Source of the DNA: a plasmid
Sequence record: NZ_CP125988.1
DNA: 43,223 nt
Direction: 5' to 3' (one strand)
Position 1 is the stretch's first letter. Every line of letters begins with the position of its first letter. Shown piece by piece: positions 8,947 to 17,699 of the stretch. Under the pieces are notes generated by a model, which was not told where the DNA came from, searched no databases, and saw only the letters and a list, made by a program, of their open reading frames with translations. A program made the translations under genes and the position numbers.

Positions 8947-10022
8947 CTGATGTGCTGAGAAAAGTCGATTTATCCCATCAAAACTTCACGGTTCATCAGG
9001 AGAAAACACTCCGAGCACTGACTTTATGCCGAACGGCTGCTTTGGGCGGACACGTAGATGCTTGTGATGGGTGTGGAAACATCAGCATCAGTTACAACAG
9101 TTGTCGCAATCGGCATTGTCCAAAATGTCAAGGACATAAACGCAAAGAATGGATTCAAGCTCGCGAACATGATTTATTGCCCTGTTCGTATTATCATGTA
9201 GTTTTCACTTTGCCCGATACGCTTAATGGATTAGCGATTCATCAACCACAATTGATTTATAAAATCTTGTTTGAATCTGTGTGGGCTACTTTATCTCAAT
9301 TTGGCAAAACCGACGGTTTGCAATTGGGTATGATTGCCATTTTACATACTTGGGGACAAAATTTGAGTTTGCATCCGCATCTACATTGTATTGTTCCAGG
9401 TGGAGGAATTGATACAAATGGCAAGTGGAAACGCAAGATAAAAACCGATAAATACTTGTTTGCAGTAAAAGCATTGAGTAAGGTTTTTCGTGCCAAATAT
9501 GTAGCCTTGTTGCGCAAAGAAAAATTTGCAGATGCTCAAGTTTTGCAAAGTTTGTTTGAAAAGGATTGGGTGGTTTATGCCAAACGTCCTTTTGGTGGAC
9601 CAAAGCAAGTGATTGAATATTTAGGCAGATACACCCACAAAGTGGCAATTAGTAACCATCGTATTAAAAACGTAAGCCAACAAGAAGTTACCATTAACTA
9701 TAAAGATTATAAAGATAACAGCAAAACCAAAGAGCTCACACTTAAGAATGAAGAATTTACTCGTCGATTTAGTTTACATATTCTGCCTAAACGCTTTGTT
9801 CGAATCAGGCATTACGGCATTTTAAGTAGTAGTTGGAAACGCGGTAAACTACAACAACTACAAGAAGATTTAAATATCATCCGACCGATAGTTGAACCTA
9901 AAACACAACATCGAAAATGTTATTGTTGCAAAATTGGTAATTTGGTTACGTTACATGTTTTTGGGCAACGAGGTCCGCCAAAAGCTTATCTTATCGGAAA
10001 TACACTTGCGCGTGTGAATTAA
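8925..10022 (+). CDS. IS91-family HUH-Y2 transposase
   Basis: N-terminal zinc-binding domain 'CRTAALGGHVDACDGCGNISISYNSCRNRHCPKCQ'. HUH motif 'HPHLHCIVPGGG'. Y2 region 'RIRHYGILSS'. Confidence 0.9.
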   Translation: MQPQWEVADVLRKVDLSHQNFTVHQEKTLRALTLCRTAALGGHVDACDGCGNISISYNSCRNRHCPKCQGHKRKEWIQAREHDLLPCSYYHVVFTLPDTLNGLAIHQPQLIYKILFESVWATLSQFGKTDGLQLGMIAILHTWGQNLSLHPHLHCIVPGGGIDTNGKWKRKIKTDKYLFAVKALSKVFRAKYVALLRKEKFADAQVLQSLFEKDWVVYAKRPFGGPKQVIEYLGRYTHKVAISNHRIKNVSQQEVTINYKDYKDNSKTKELTLKNEEFTRRFSLHILPKRFVRIRHYGILSSSWKRGKLQQLQEDLNIIRPIVEPKTQHRKCYCCKIGNLVTLHVFGQRGPPKAYLIGNTLARVN

Positions 10023-10236
10023 CTTTTACGGGTAAGGGAATTTGTGTTTGGTTGAATCGAAAAACAACAAAAAACGATTGAAACAGCACAATTTCAACCA
10101 CAAAAAAAGCAGTAATTCTAAAATTACTGCTCGTATATCTTAAAGTCATACTTCGACAACTCCATAATACTTTATTAGCTTCCTACGGTTCCGTTCAACG
10201 GGCTTTCATCTCGTGCCCTCCGGGCAAGACGAAAGC

Positions 10237-11406
10237 TTAGTTATTGTGCGTAGTTATTATATTCTTTTTTAGTGCTACTTCACAGATTAAATCAATTTCT
10301 GAGTTCGTAAAATTCAGTTCAAAATTTTCAAATTCTTTCAAAATTTTCTCGGAAAGATTTATACTTCTCAAATGTCCTCTTTGTACTAACTGCATCCACG
10401 TTGCATCTTCAGTTTCTTGATATCCTCCTGAATTATTTGGAATATGTGAACCGTGTCGATACATTTTCATACTGTCCCACATTAGTTGAATAAAGGGTTT
10501 TCCGACTAAATTATTTTTTGTTGCTGTTGTGTAAGCCAAATATTTATCAGAAATATATTGAATATCTGGTATCACACCTATTCCAAAAATTACCATAAAT
10601 TGGTAGCCATAATCCCTTACAATTCTTGCCCTGTTTGAATATGCATCAATAGAGAGTAAATTGCCCTCACTCATATAGATAACTCTTGAAAGGTATAGGA
10701 AGATTAATTTTAATAATTTGATTTCGAAGTTTTGAATTGACTTTTCAATTTCCCTAAAACCGTCATATCCCAATAAAAACTGAATTCGATATAAAGACGT
10801 AGCACACGCATCTACACCTCGCAAACTATGCCAAAAATAATTTGGATAACGTAAAGCGTATTTAAGAGATTTTTTTAGAACCGCTATTCCATTCGAGTAG
10901 TTTTTTGCTTGAATAATTGGTTCTGAAATTAAATCATAAATATATGGGTGATTAAACTCCTTATATTTTTCATATAATTCTGACAATCCTTTTCCATCAA
11001 CACCGTGTAAAGAAATATATTCTTTTACTGTTTTGTACTTCCCTTTATTTATTTCTTCAAAAGATAAGTCGCCTGTTTTTATTGCTTGAAAGTCGGTTTG
11101 AAATTCTTTTAGAAAATCTTCATTGGGTATTTGCAACTTATTTACAATTGAAATTTTTAAAGCACTATTCGCATAAATTTCATTTTCCGTGCATTCAAAA
11201 ATATGTTTTAGCAGTATATCTTCTTCTGGCGATAACTCTCTCTTTTGGGATAGATTTTCTCTAAAAAATTCAATTAACAAATAAAAACCATTTTTACCCT
11301 TAATCTTTTTTTCTTGAGAATAGTTTTTGTAGAAATCCTCAAATTCTGGAATCGAGAAGAGTAGTCCAAGACTTAATTTTAGACCTTTGTCAACTGTTTC
11401 ATCCAT
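10237..11406 (-). CDS. Hypothetical protein (389 aa), third gene of an overlapping three-gene operon
   Basis: Long ORF whose start overlaps the stop of the upstream gene by 1 nt. No recognisable motif. Confidence 0.5.
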   Translation of the reverse strand: MDETVDKGLKLSLGLLFSIPEFEDFYKNYSQEKKIKGKNGFYLLIEFFRENLSQKRELSPEEDILLKHIFECTENEIYANSALKISIVNKLQIPNEDFLKEFQTDFQAIKTGDLSFEEINKGKYKTVKEYISLHGVDGKGLSELYEKYKEFNHPYIYDLISEPIIQAKNYSNGIAVLKKSLKYALRYPNYFWHSLRGVDACATSLYRIQFLLGYDGFREIEKSIQNFEIKLLKLIFLYLSRVIYMSEGNLLSIDAYSNRARIVRDYGYQFMVIFGIGVIPDIQYISDKYLAYTTATKNNLVGKPFIQLMWDSMKMYRHGSHIPNNSGGYQETEDATWMQLVQRGHLRSINLSEKILKEFENFELNFTNSEIDLICEVALKKNIITTHNN

Positions 11407-12014
11407 TATAATGGTGGTAATGGATTATAATTTTCGTGTAAATATGGACCTGTACATAATTGACCAATTATGTTTTCAACTTTTCCATATTCTGACATAT
11501 CGGTTTCAGCAATTATAACTCCTGACATTTGAGCCAAAGCATCTATTTTAGAAAGTCCTGTTCCTCCAAACGCACTCCACATTAAAATAAGTTGGTCATT
11601 CAATAGGTAGTGTAAATATGTAAATTCTATTTCTTCAATGTCAGAATTGTTACCTTGTCTTGCTCCTTTAATTTTATCAGCGAATCCAGCATAGGAAACA
11701 CTACCAACCATATTGCTGCTTTTTTCAGATAGCAATTGTAACAATATTGGCTGTGTTTTCATTGATTGATTTTGGTATAAAGTCATCATTTCACGAAAGC
11801 CCTCATTGAAGTCACTCCACAAAACTTTATTTCCACCAAACATTTTCTTTTGAAATGAATTTTGAATTTTATCCCATATAAATAAAGTTGAATACTTTCT
11901 GTAGAATACATTTAGAAGCACCTTCTCTCCATATTCACTTTTACTATATCTACTTCGCCAAGCTTGCAAGTTGTTCATTCCTTCTGCAAGCTGATTTCTT
12001 AAATCTATTCTCAT
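11406..12014 (-). CDS. Hypothetical protein (202 aa), middle gene of the operon
   Basis: Start and stop overlap both neighbours (ATGA junctions). Confidence 0.5.
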   Translation of the reverse strand: MRIDLRNQLAEGMNNLQAWRSRYSKSEYGEKVLLNVFYRKYSTLFIWDKIQNSFQKKMFGGNKVLWSDFNEGFREMMTLYQNQSMKTQPILLQLLSEKSSNMVGSVSYAGFADKIKGARQGNNSDIEEIEFTYLHYLLNDQLILMWSAFGGTGLSKIDALAQMSGVIIAETDMSEYGKVENIIGQLCTGPYLHENYNPLPPL

Positions 12015-12475
12015 TATTGATTGAAATAATTAGTGTTTTGCCTTAAAATGTTCTCCGCTTCTTTATTCCCGAGCTTATATGATTTTACCAAATAGTCAAT
12101 TCCTTCTTGTGGTTTATCTTGATTGTGGTAAATCACAAATAACTGGTAATATGCTTGATTTAATTCGCTTATGCTTACAGAAATTTTTAAATCATCAATT
12201 GCTCCTTGCATATCATTGAGATAATATTTTGCTAATGACCTGTTGTAATAAATCATAGCATCTTGCTCTGCAATTTCAGCGTCATTAAAATTTACTCGAT
12301 TTGAAACATATTCCGAAATCAACTTGTTGAAAACTTCAAGCGATTTTTGGTGTTCGCCATTTTGAAGTAAAGAAGCAGCCATTAAAAATAATGCTGGTTC
12401 ACCTGTTAATTTTTCTTCTTTTTTTCTGTCAAATAATCCCATTTTGATTTGATTTAGTTTGTTATAATTACGCAC
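12014..12475 (-). CDS. TPR-like repeat protein (153 aa), first gene of the operon
   Basis: Helical-repeat signature '...AASLLQNGEHQKSLEVFNKLI...YYNRSLAKYYLNDMQGAIDDL...AYYQLFVIYHNQDKPQEGIDYL' resembles tetratricopeptide repeats. Confidence 0.5.
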   Translation of the reverse strand: MRNYNKLNQIKMGLFDRKKEEKLTGEPALFLMAASLLQNGEHQKSLEVFNKLISEYVSNRVNFNDAEIAEQDAMIYYNRSLAKYYLNDMQGAIDDLKISVSISELNQAYYQLFVIYHNQDKPQEGIDYLVKSYKLGNKEAENILRQNTNYFNQ

Positions 12476-12481
12476 AACGTT

Positions 12482-12662
12482 TTGGGTATTGCCGAAGGCG
12501 GGAAAATCGAAGCTGAAAGTTTCGATTTTGCACCGAGGTGAGCCAAAACGAATTTTTATGAGTTAAATTTACAAAACAAAAACGAATAAAATTCGTTTTT
12601 GGCGGAGATAGAAGTACAAACCTTGAATTTTGCACTTCAGCCCCGCTTTTGGCAATACCTTG
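12482..12662. repeat. Structured repeat B, homologous to repeat A and in the same orientation
   Basis: 'cgttttgg|gtattgccgaaggcggg|aaaatcgaagctgaaagtttcgattttgcac...ccaaaacgaattt...aaattcgtttttgg...gaattttgcac...|ccccgcttttggcaatacc'. The inner stem-loop doubles as a likely terminator for the convergent GmrSD gene on the minus strand. Confidence 0.7.
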
Positions 12663-12684
12663 TTACCTGCTGTGTTGTTTTCGG

Positions 12685-14370
12685 TTATACATTTTCTATT
12701 ACGAATTTAACGATTTTGTCTTTACGTTGCTGAATAAGTTCTTTCGTCCAAGTTGCACTTTCAGCCGTCATTTTTTGTATTTCTCGTTGTTGTTCCAAAT
12801 GGTTGTAACTATTGCGTTTGTCGGCAAATGGTTTGTTACCAACTGAACAATTATGTGATTTAGAAAGCAATAAATAATTTCCTAAACAATTGATGTATTG
12901 ATTTACAAATTCCTCGTCATAACTGTCATAACCTGTTTCTGGATTTTCTGTTTGCGGTGCAATGTGTTCCAATTCTGGTTTTTCAATTTTGTCAAATCGA
13001 GTAGGCGAGTAACCACTTTTACCTTGTCCTTCTAAATGGTTTTCGTATTTCCAAAGTAAATATTTTGCAGTCGTATGATTTATTCCGCCTTGAATTGAAC
13101 GTTCCAATTCTTTGTTTCCCCAATATGACCACCACCAATCTTGTGTGGTTTTCATCCAATCAATTCTAACATTTATTGGTGTGATGTCTGGATTTTCAGA
13201 AGTGAATTTTTGGTAAACATCATTTAAACGTGTTGTGATTTCGGCTCTTGTTCCGATTAGTCTGTGTCGCAAAACAATTGTTTCTAACTTGCTACAAAGC
13301 AAATTGATTTGATTTATTGGCAAACCAAATTTATATGCTTTGATAATGAAAGGCATTGCAATACCAATTCCGCCAAGTGTTACAAGTGAATGTATTTCTA
13401 AATTTTCTCTTTCGTCTTTGCTGAAAAATGTTGTTAGATGCTCAAAACTTATAGCAAGTGATTGAGTAAATGACTTAATGAAAGGAATTGGGTTTGCTTC
13501 CGATAACAATTTATTTATTTTGTCGATTGCATTAGTTTCCCAAAGTGAATTGAAGTGTACACGAAGTGTGTAAACTAAAACATCGTCTTCGTTAATTCTG
13601 TATTCAATGGACGAGATTGATTTGTAAATTTCTTCAAATCGGTCTTTGATTTCCTTTATTAGACTTTCTTTTTCTTCGCCACCATAAAGATGAACATTGA
13701 ACATAAATTGAGCCTTGATAATTTCCAAATTTGAAGGTTTTTTTCCTCTGTTGTTTTGGAAAATAAACATCTGAATTGCTTCTGAAGGGTCTTTTACTGG
13801 ATGCGTTGTGCAAGATGCGTTTTGAACCGTGTTCAACATTTTCAGTAGATACGTTTCATCTTTATCGGCAAGTTGTGAAGTAAAAAAGTCAAACGCAATT
13901 GCAATACGTTTTGCAGAAACGGTTTTTATTCCATTTCTGTCTTTTTTGCTTTGGTCAATTACGCAATCTTTAAAAAATCTATCATCATAATCAACTGTTT
14001 CAAAACGATAAGTTGAGTTTCGTTTAATTATGTCTTCAAATGCTTCCTGTTCGGTTTCGTTTAAAGGTCTGATTTGTTTTAGTCTGCTAAATAATGTAGA
14101 TAAGAAAATAACGATTGTCGTCATTCGCTGTTGTCCGTCAATTATTCCGAACGTTCTTTCGTCTTTTTCTTCAAATAGGAAATGTCCGAAATAGTATTTT
14201 GATTTGGTTGAACTTTTATTGTAATCTTCCAAGTCAGATAAAAACACATTTGTCTGTTTTGGTGAATTTGTCTTTTCAAGTTCTGTATCCCAAGAATATG
14301 CTCTTTGATATGTCGGAACAAAAATTTTGTTGCCTGCCAACATTTGTTTTATAGTTGTAGATGCTTCCAT
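12685..14370 (-). CDS. GmrSD-like type IV (modification-dependent) restriction endonuclease; DUF262 (ParB-like NTPase) + DUF1524 (His-Me finger) fusion
   Basis: N-terminal 'FVPTYQRAYSW...FGIIDGQQRMTTIV' (DGQQR motif). C-terminal 'HIAPQTENPE...CLGNYLLLSKSHNCSVGNKPF' (H...N...N nuclease motif). Confidence 0.8.
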   Translation of the reverse strand: MEASTTIKQMLAGNKIFVPTYQRAYSWDTELEKTNSPKQTNVFLSDLEDYNKSSTKSKYYFGHFLFEEKDERTFGIIDGQQRMTTIVIFLSTLFSRLKQIRPLNETEQEAFEDIIKRNSTYRFETVDYDDRFFKDCVIDQSKKDRNGIKTVSAKRIAIAFDFFTSQLADKDETYLLKMLNTVQNASCTTHPVKDPSEAIQMFIFQNNRGKKPSNLEIIKAQFMFNVHLYGGEEKESLIKEIKDRFEEIYKSISSIEYRINEDDVLVYTLRVHFNSLWETNAIDKINKLLSEANPIPFIKSFTQSLAISFEHLTTFFSKDERENLEIHSLVTLGGIGIAMPFIIKAYKFGLPINQINLLCSKLETIVLRHRLIGTRAEITTRLNDVYQKFTSENPDITPINVRIDWMKTTQDWWWSYWGNKELERSIQGGINHTTAKYLLWKYENHLEGQGKSGYSPTRFDKIEKPELEHIAPQTENPETGYDSYDEEFVNQYINCLGNYLLLSKSHNCSVGNKPFADKRNSYNHLEQQREIQKMTAESATWTKELIQQRKDKIVKFVIENV

Positions 14371-14383
14371 TAAATAATATTCT

Positions 14384-14422
14384 GATTAAAAATATTAAAG
14401 GTGGCGAAGCCACCTTTGATAA
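14384..14422. terminator. Bidirectional hairpin 'aaaggtggcgaagccaccttt' flanked by T/A runs
   Basis: Perfect 9-bp stem with a 3-nt loop between the zinc-ribbon mini-gene and the GmrSD gene. Confidence 0.45.
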
Positions 14423-14430
14423 AAGATTTT

Positions 14431-14682
14431 TTATAATGCTGGGCTATGTTTTCCTTTGTTGCTTCCGTTTGGATGTCTTGAACAAGAACTTGCTGTTAAA
14501 CTGGAAATACTTGACCTTTCAGTTCCACAATATTTACAAGTGTATTTTGATTTTTCAGAACCTTCGTAAAGTTTGTGTTTTCCCTTATTTGAACCTAAAG
14601 GATGTCTTGAGCAAGAGCTTGCGGTTAAACTTGAAACACTTGAACGATCAGTTCCGCAATACTCACAATAAAATTTAGCCAT
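14431..14682 (-). CDS. Tandem double zinc-ribbon mini-protein (83 aa, two ~40-aa C-x2-C...C-x2-H repeats)
   Basis: 'YCEYCGTDRSSVSSLTASSCSRHPLGSNKGKH' then 'YTCKYCGTERSSISSLTASSCSRHPNGSNKGKH'. Conservation across a ~100-bp tandem DNA duplication supports a real gene. Confidence 0.45.
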   Translation of the reverse strand: MAKFYCEYCGTDRSSVSSLTASSCSRHPLGSNKGKHKLYEGSEKSKYTCKYCGTERSSISSLTASSCSRHPNGSNKGKHSPAL

Positions 14683-15037
14683 ATTAATTTTGGTTTTTGT
14701 TAGTGCTTACTCTTTATGGTTTTTCAGCTTCCACCGATAATTCTGCAAAGCTAAAATTTTAATAAGTCAAACTATGTCGTTTGGCACGGTCGTCTTTCCA
14801 AGATTGCAGGTAACTCTCAAATATACGCAATTACATTAATTTAGGAAATTATTTGTTTATTCTTATCAACATAGATATAAAACGGTATATAATAAAAAGA
14901 TATAGTGCGTAATTTGTATTGTAATTTTAAATTTTAATGCGGTTTTATATAAAATATATACAAAATACGAATATGGAAATTTCGGTGTTTATAAGCTCTT
15001 TTATTATATTGATTTTTTACAAATGAACATGATAATA

Positions 15038-15212
15038 ATCCCACCCACCCTATTTCAAAGTTAAATTTCTATCTAACTGTTTAATACTTTACACCCGGGA
15101 AATAACCCCTTGCTGTAAACAATTAAACAATAAATTCACAAAACACAACCTCTTAAAATCGGTTTAGTTTTTAGTCGTTCATTTTACGATAGAAATTAGT
15201 GTGTTTATCCCA
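15038..15212. repeat. Repeat C1 (~170 bp), ~430 bp upstream of ardC
   Basis: 'cccacccaccctatttcaaagttaaatttctatc...ttacgatagaaattagtgtg' is ~85% identical to 16782-16952. Confidence 0.75.
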
Positions 15213-15643
15213 GTTAAAAGGAAAAGTAATTAATGTTTTAATTTATTCTTTTTGCTTGGTTTTTATTGTTCCATCAACATATTGAAAAAAGATCTTCCTC
15301 TTTTTACATCATTCTACTCGGAGTAATCGCCATATATGGTTTTTTTGTTGCAAAATTATTGCCTATTCCGCTTTATAAAAATCTATTGAGGTTTCTACTT
15401 CTTAAGAACTACAAAAATAGATATCACCTTAAAATCGTCATTATTTGTAGGAAAAATAACGCCAATTTTCAGTTTATCTATCGTGTATTTCTAACTCGCA
15501 GACACTCCTAAATATATTTACCAGTCGAATCCATTTGTCAGCTTCAGTTCTGTAGCGGCCAATGGATTTTTCCTTTTATAAATCGTTCGGTAGGCAATAG
15601 TTCTATTTCGCACAGAAAAGCCATAAGCGACAACTCACGAAGA

Positions 15644-16669
15644 ATGATTAATAAAAATTGTAGAACTATTAAATATTATTTTATTATGGAAACAAATGTA
15701 AAAACTCGCCAAGCAAAAAGAACCATTAAAACAACAGAAAAGAGCCAAGCTCAAACTACAAAGAATAATTATAACGATTTGTTTTTTAGTTCAATTATTG
15801 AACAACTGCAAAGCGTAGAAGAGAAACATTGGCAACATTTTTTAAAAGAAAATGTATCTTTTATGCCTGCTAATAGACTTTCTTTACAATCTTACACACG
15901 ATTAAACCAATTTATATTGGCACTTGATATGTTGATAAATAAGCGTTCAAATTGCTACTATGCAACTTTTAACCAAATTACTAAATCAAAAGGTAAAGTA
16001 AAAAAAGGTTCAAAGTCATTACCAATACAATACTTTAGTTATGATATTAGACATAAAGAAACGGAAGAACGTATTCAACTTGCTGAATTTAAGGCTTTAG
16101 ATAGCACAAAACAAAAAGAATATCGAGTAAAAAGCTTTATGAAGTATTATCGTGTATTTCATACGGATAACATTGAAAATATAAATGATTGTGACTTTCC
16201 AATTATTGCAGATATTGAATTCATTGAGCTTGACGAATGTGCCGAAAAATTTATTAATGATTTAATTGAAACCAAAAATTTATCCTTACAACATCTAGTA
16301 CAAGGCGAAGCGTATTACGCTCCTGGAAAAGATGAAATACATTTACCAAAACCGCAATATTTCAAAAATAAGGGAGCGTATTATTCAACTGTTTTTCATG
16401 AAATTATTCATTGGACTGGACACAAAGATAGATTAAACAGATTAGACCAAGATTTTGAAGACGGTAGAAATAAATATGCTTTTGAAGAATTGGTTGCTGA
16501 ATTGGGTTCGTTATTGTTTTCGTTAGAATTTAATTATTCGGAGCAGTTTATTAATTCAATTATTTATTTAAAAAGTTGGTTAAAGCATACAGCTGAAGAA
16601 AAAAAACATCAAATTTTAGAAGAGGCTTTTAGTTATGCGAATAGAGCAATAAATTACCTTAAATTATAA
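15644..16669 (+). CDS. ardC: ArdC-like antirestriction protein (N-terminal ssDNA-binding domain + C-terminal HExxH zincin metallopeptidase); start may be the internal Met at 15686
   Basis: 'YYSTVFHEIIHWTGHKDRLNRL' matches the ArdC/polyvalent-protein metallopeptidase motif (HExxHxxGH). Confidence 0.7.
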   Translation: MINKNCRTIKYYFIMETNVKTRQAKRTIKTTEKSQAQTTKNNYNDLFFSSIIEQLQSVEEKHWQHFLKENVSFMPANRLSLQSYTRLNQFILALDMLINKRSNCYYATFNQITKSKGKVKKGSKSLPIQYFSYDIRHKETEERIQLAEFKALDSTKQKEYRVKSFMKYYRVFHTDNIENINDCDFPIIADIEFIELDECAEKFINDLIETKNLSLQHLVQGEAYYAPGKDEIHLPKPQYFKNKGAYYSTVFHEIIHWTGHKDRLNRLDQDFEDGRNKYAFEELVAELGSLLFSLEFNYSEQFINSIIYLKSWLKHTAEEKKHQILEEAFSYANRAINYLKL

Positions 16670-16781
16670 CCCTTTTACGCCTTTTTAAATAATAAAGGGC
16701 GTAAAAATTCGCCCCTCCGGGGCGGATTGAATTATTTAGTGAAACCTTATATTCGTACCTTAATATTTTTCTTACCCACCC

Positions 16782-16952
16782 ACCCTATTTCAAAGTTAAA
16801 TTTCTATCGACCTCCTTTAATACTTTACACTCGGAAAATATTTCCTTGTTGTAAATAATTAAAGGGTACATTCACAAAACAAATCCTCTTTTAATCGGAT
16901 TAGTTTTTAGTTGTTCTTTTACGATAGAAATTAGTGTGCTTAACCCATTTGT
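16782..16952. repeat. Repeat C2, ~150 bp upstream of parA
   Basis: Direct copy of C1. Followed by an extremely AT-rich 'tatatgtttatatgtagatatattaatattt' stretch. Confidence 0.75.
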
Positions 16953-17099
16953 TATTAAGTGTTTATAAAATATATGTTTTATAAACGATAATAATATATA
17001 AATATATGTTTATATGTAGATATATTAATATTTAACTATACAAATATTTGTATATCAATATATTTTGAATTATTTTTGATGAAAATTAATAGATGAAAT

Positions 17100-17699
17100 A
17101 TGGCTAAGATCATTTTATTTACTCATCAGAAAGGTGGTGTTGGAAAAAGTACATTATCTTATAATGTTGCAAATTTACTTAACCAAGATGCGAAGGTTGG
17201 CTTAATTGATTGGGATTATCAAGGTACTTTACTTCAAGTAAAAGACTTAAATGACCAATTGACGTATATTGATGTGGATCGTAAAATTAATAAAATACCG
17301 CATGAAGATTTCGATTTCATCATTATCGATACACCTCCTTACCTATTCGAAGAAATACACTCATTGGTACAACAAGCTGATTTAATTGTAATACCAACGC
17401 AAGCGAGTATTAATGATTTATTAGCTATTGATAAAACTGTACAGATTATTAAAGATAATAATGCTGTAGATCGATCTTTAATCGTTTTTAATAGAATTAA
17501 AGCTAATTCATCACTTAAAGATAGATTAAGTGAGAATTTTAATGAGTTGGATGTTCCTATTGCTAACACTGTAATCAACGATTATGATGCAATTACCAAC
17601 AGTATTGTAACCAAAGGAGTTGAAGGAAAGCACAAAGCGAGTAATCAACTTCAGAATTTGACAAGAGAATTAATGATTAAACTTTTAAGTAATGGCTAA
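17100..17699 (+). CDS. parA: ParA/MinD-family partition ATPase (TraA-like in Bacteroides conjugative elements)
   Basis: Deviant Walker A 'THQKGGVGKSTLSYNVA' at the N-terminus. Confidence 0.85.
   Translation: MAKIILFTHQKGGVGKSTLSYNVANLLNQDAKVGLIDWDYQGTLLQVKDLNDQLTYIDVDRKINKIPHEDFDFIIIDTPPYLFEEIHSLVQQADLIVIPTQASINDLLAIDKTVQIIKDNNAVDRSLIVFNRIKANSSLKDRLSENFNELDVPIANTVINDYDAITNSIVTKGVEGKHKASNQLQNLTRELMIKLLSNG

Larger units (their letters stand above)
7700..10235 (+). mobile_element. IS91-family rolling-circle element with upstream tyrosine-recombinase ORF; boundaries approximate (terIS-like left end, oriIS-like hairpins at right)
   Basis: HUH-Y2 transposase plus an accessory tyrosine recombinase, as in some IS91 members. 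Structured left end at 7805-7935. Downstream hairpins: 'agcagtaattctaaaattactgct' (10111-10134) and 'gctttcatctcgtgccctccgggcaagacgaaagc' (~10202-10236). Confidence 0.55.

Noticed and set aside
9286-9648. Three minus-strand ORFs inside the IS91 transposase gene
   Set aside because: Antisense shadow ORFs.
11082-11264. + strand 60-aa ORF
   Set aside because: Antisense within the 389-aa operon gene.
7805-12662. Repeats A and B as integron attC sites with the 8158 recombinase as IntI
   Set aside because: No GTTRRRY/RYYYAAC core sites at the stem ends. The recombinase is short and paired with an IS91 transposase rather than an attI/Pc arrangement. An IS91 terIS-like or recombinase-site interpretation fits better.
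12649-12846. + strand 65-aa ORF
   Set aside because: Starts in repeat B and runs antisense into the GmrSD gene.
14115-14678. + strand ORFs 14115..14354 and 14361..14678
   Set aside because: Antisense to the GmrSD gene and to the zinc-ribbon mini-gene, whose internal protein repeat supports the minus-strand reading.
15266-15511. 81-aa ORF between repeat C1 and ardC
   Set aside because: Hydrophobic low-complexity translation in AT-rich intergenic DNA. No RBS context or coupling. Possibly just a promoter region.
17339-17578. Antisense ORF in parA
   Set aside because: Embedded opposite a strong CDS.
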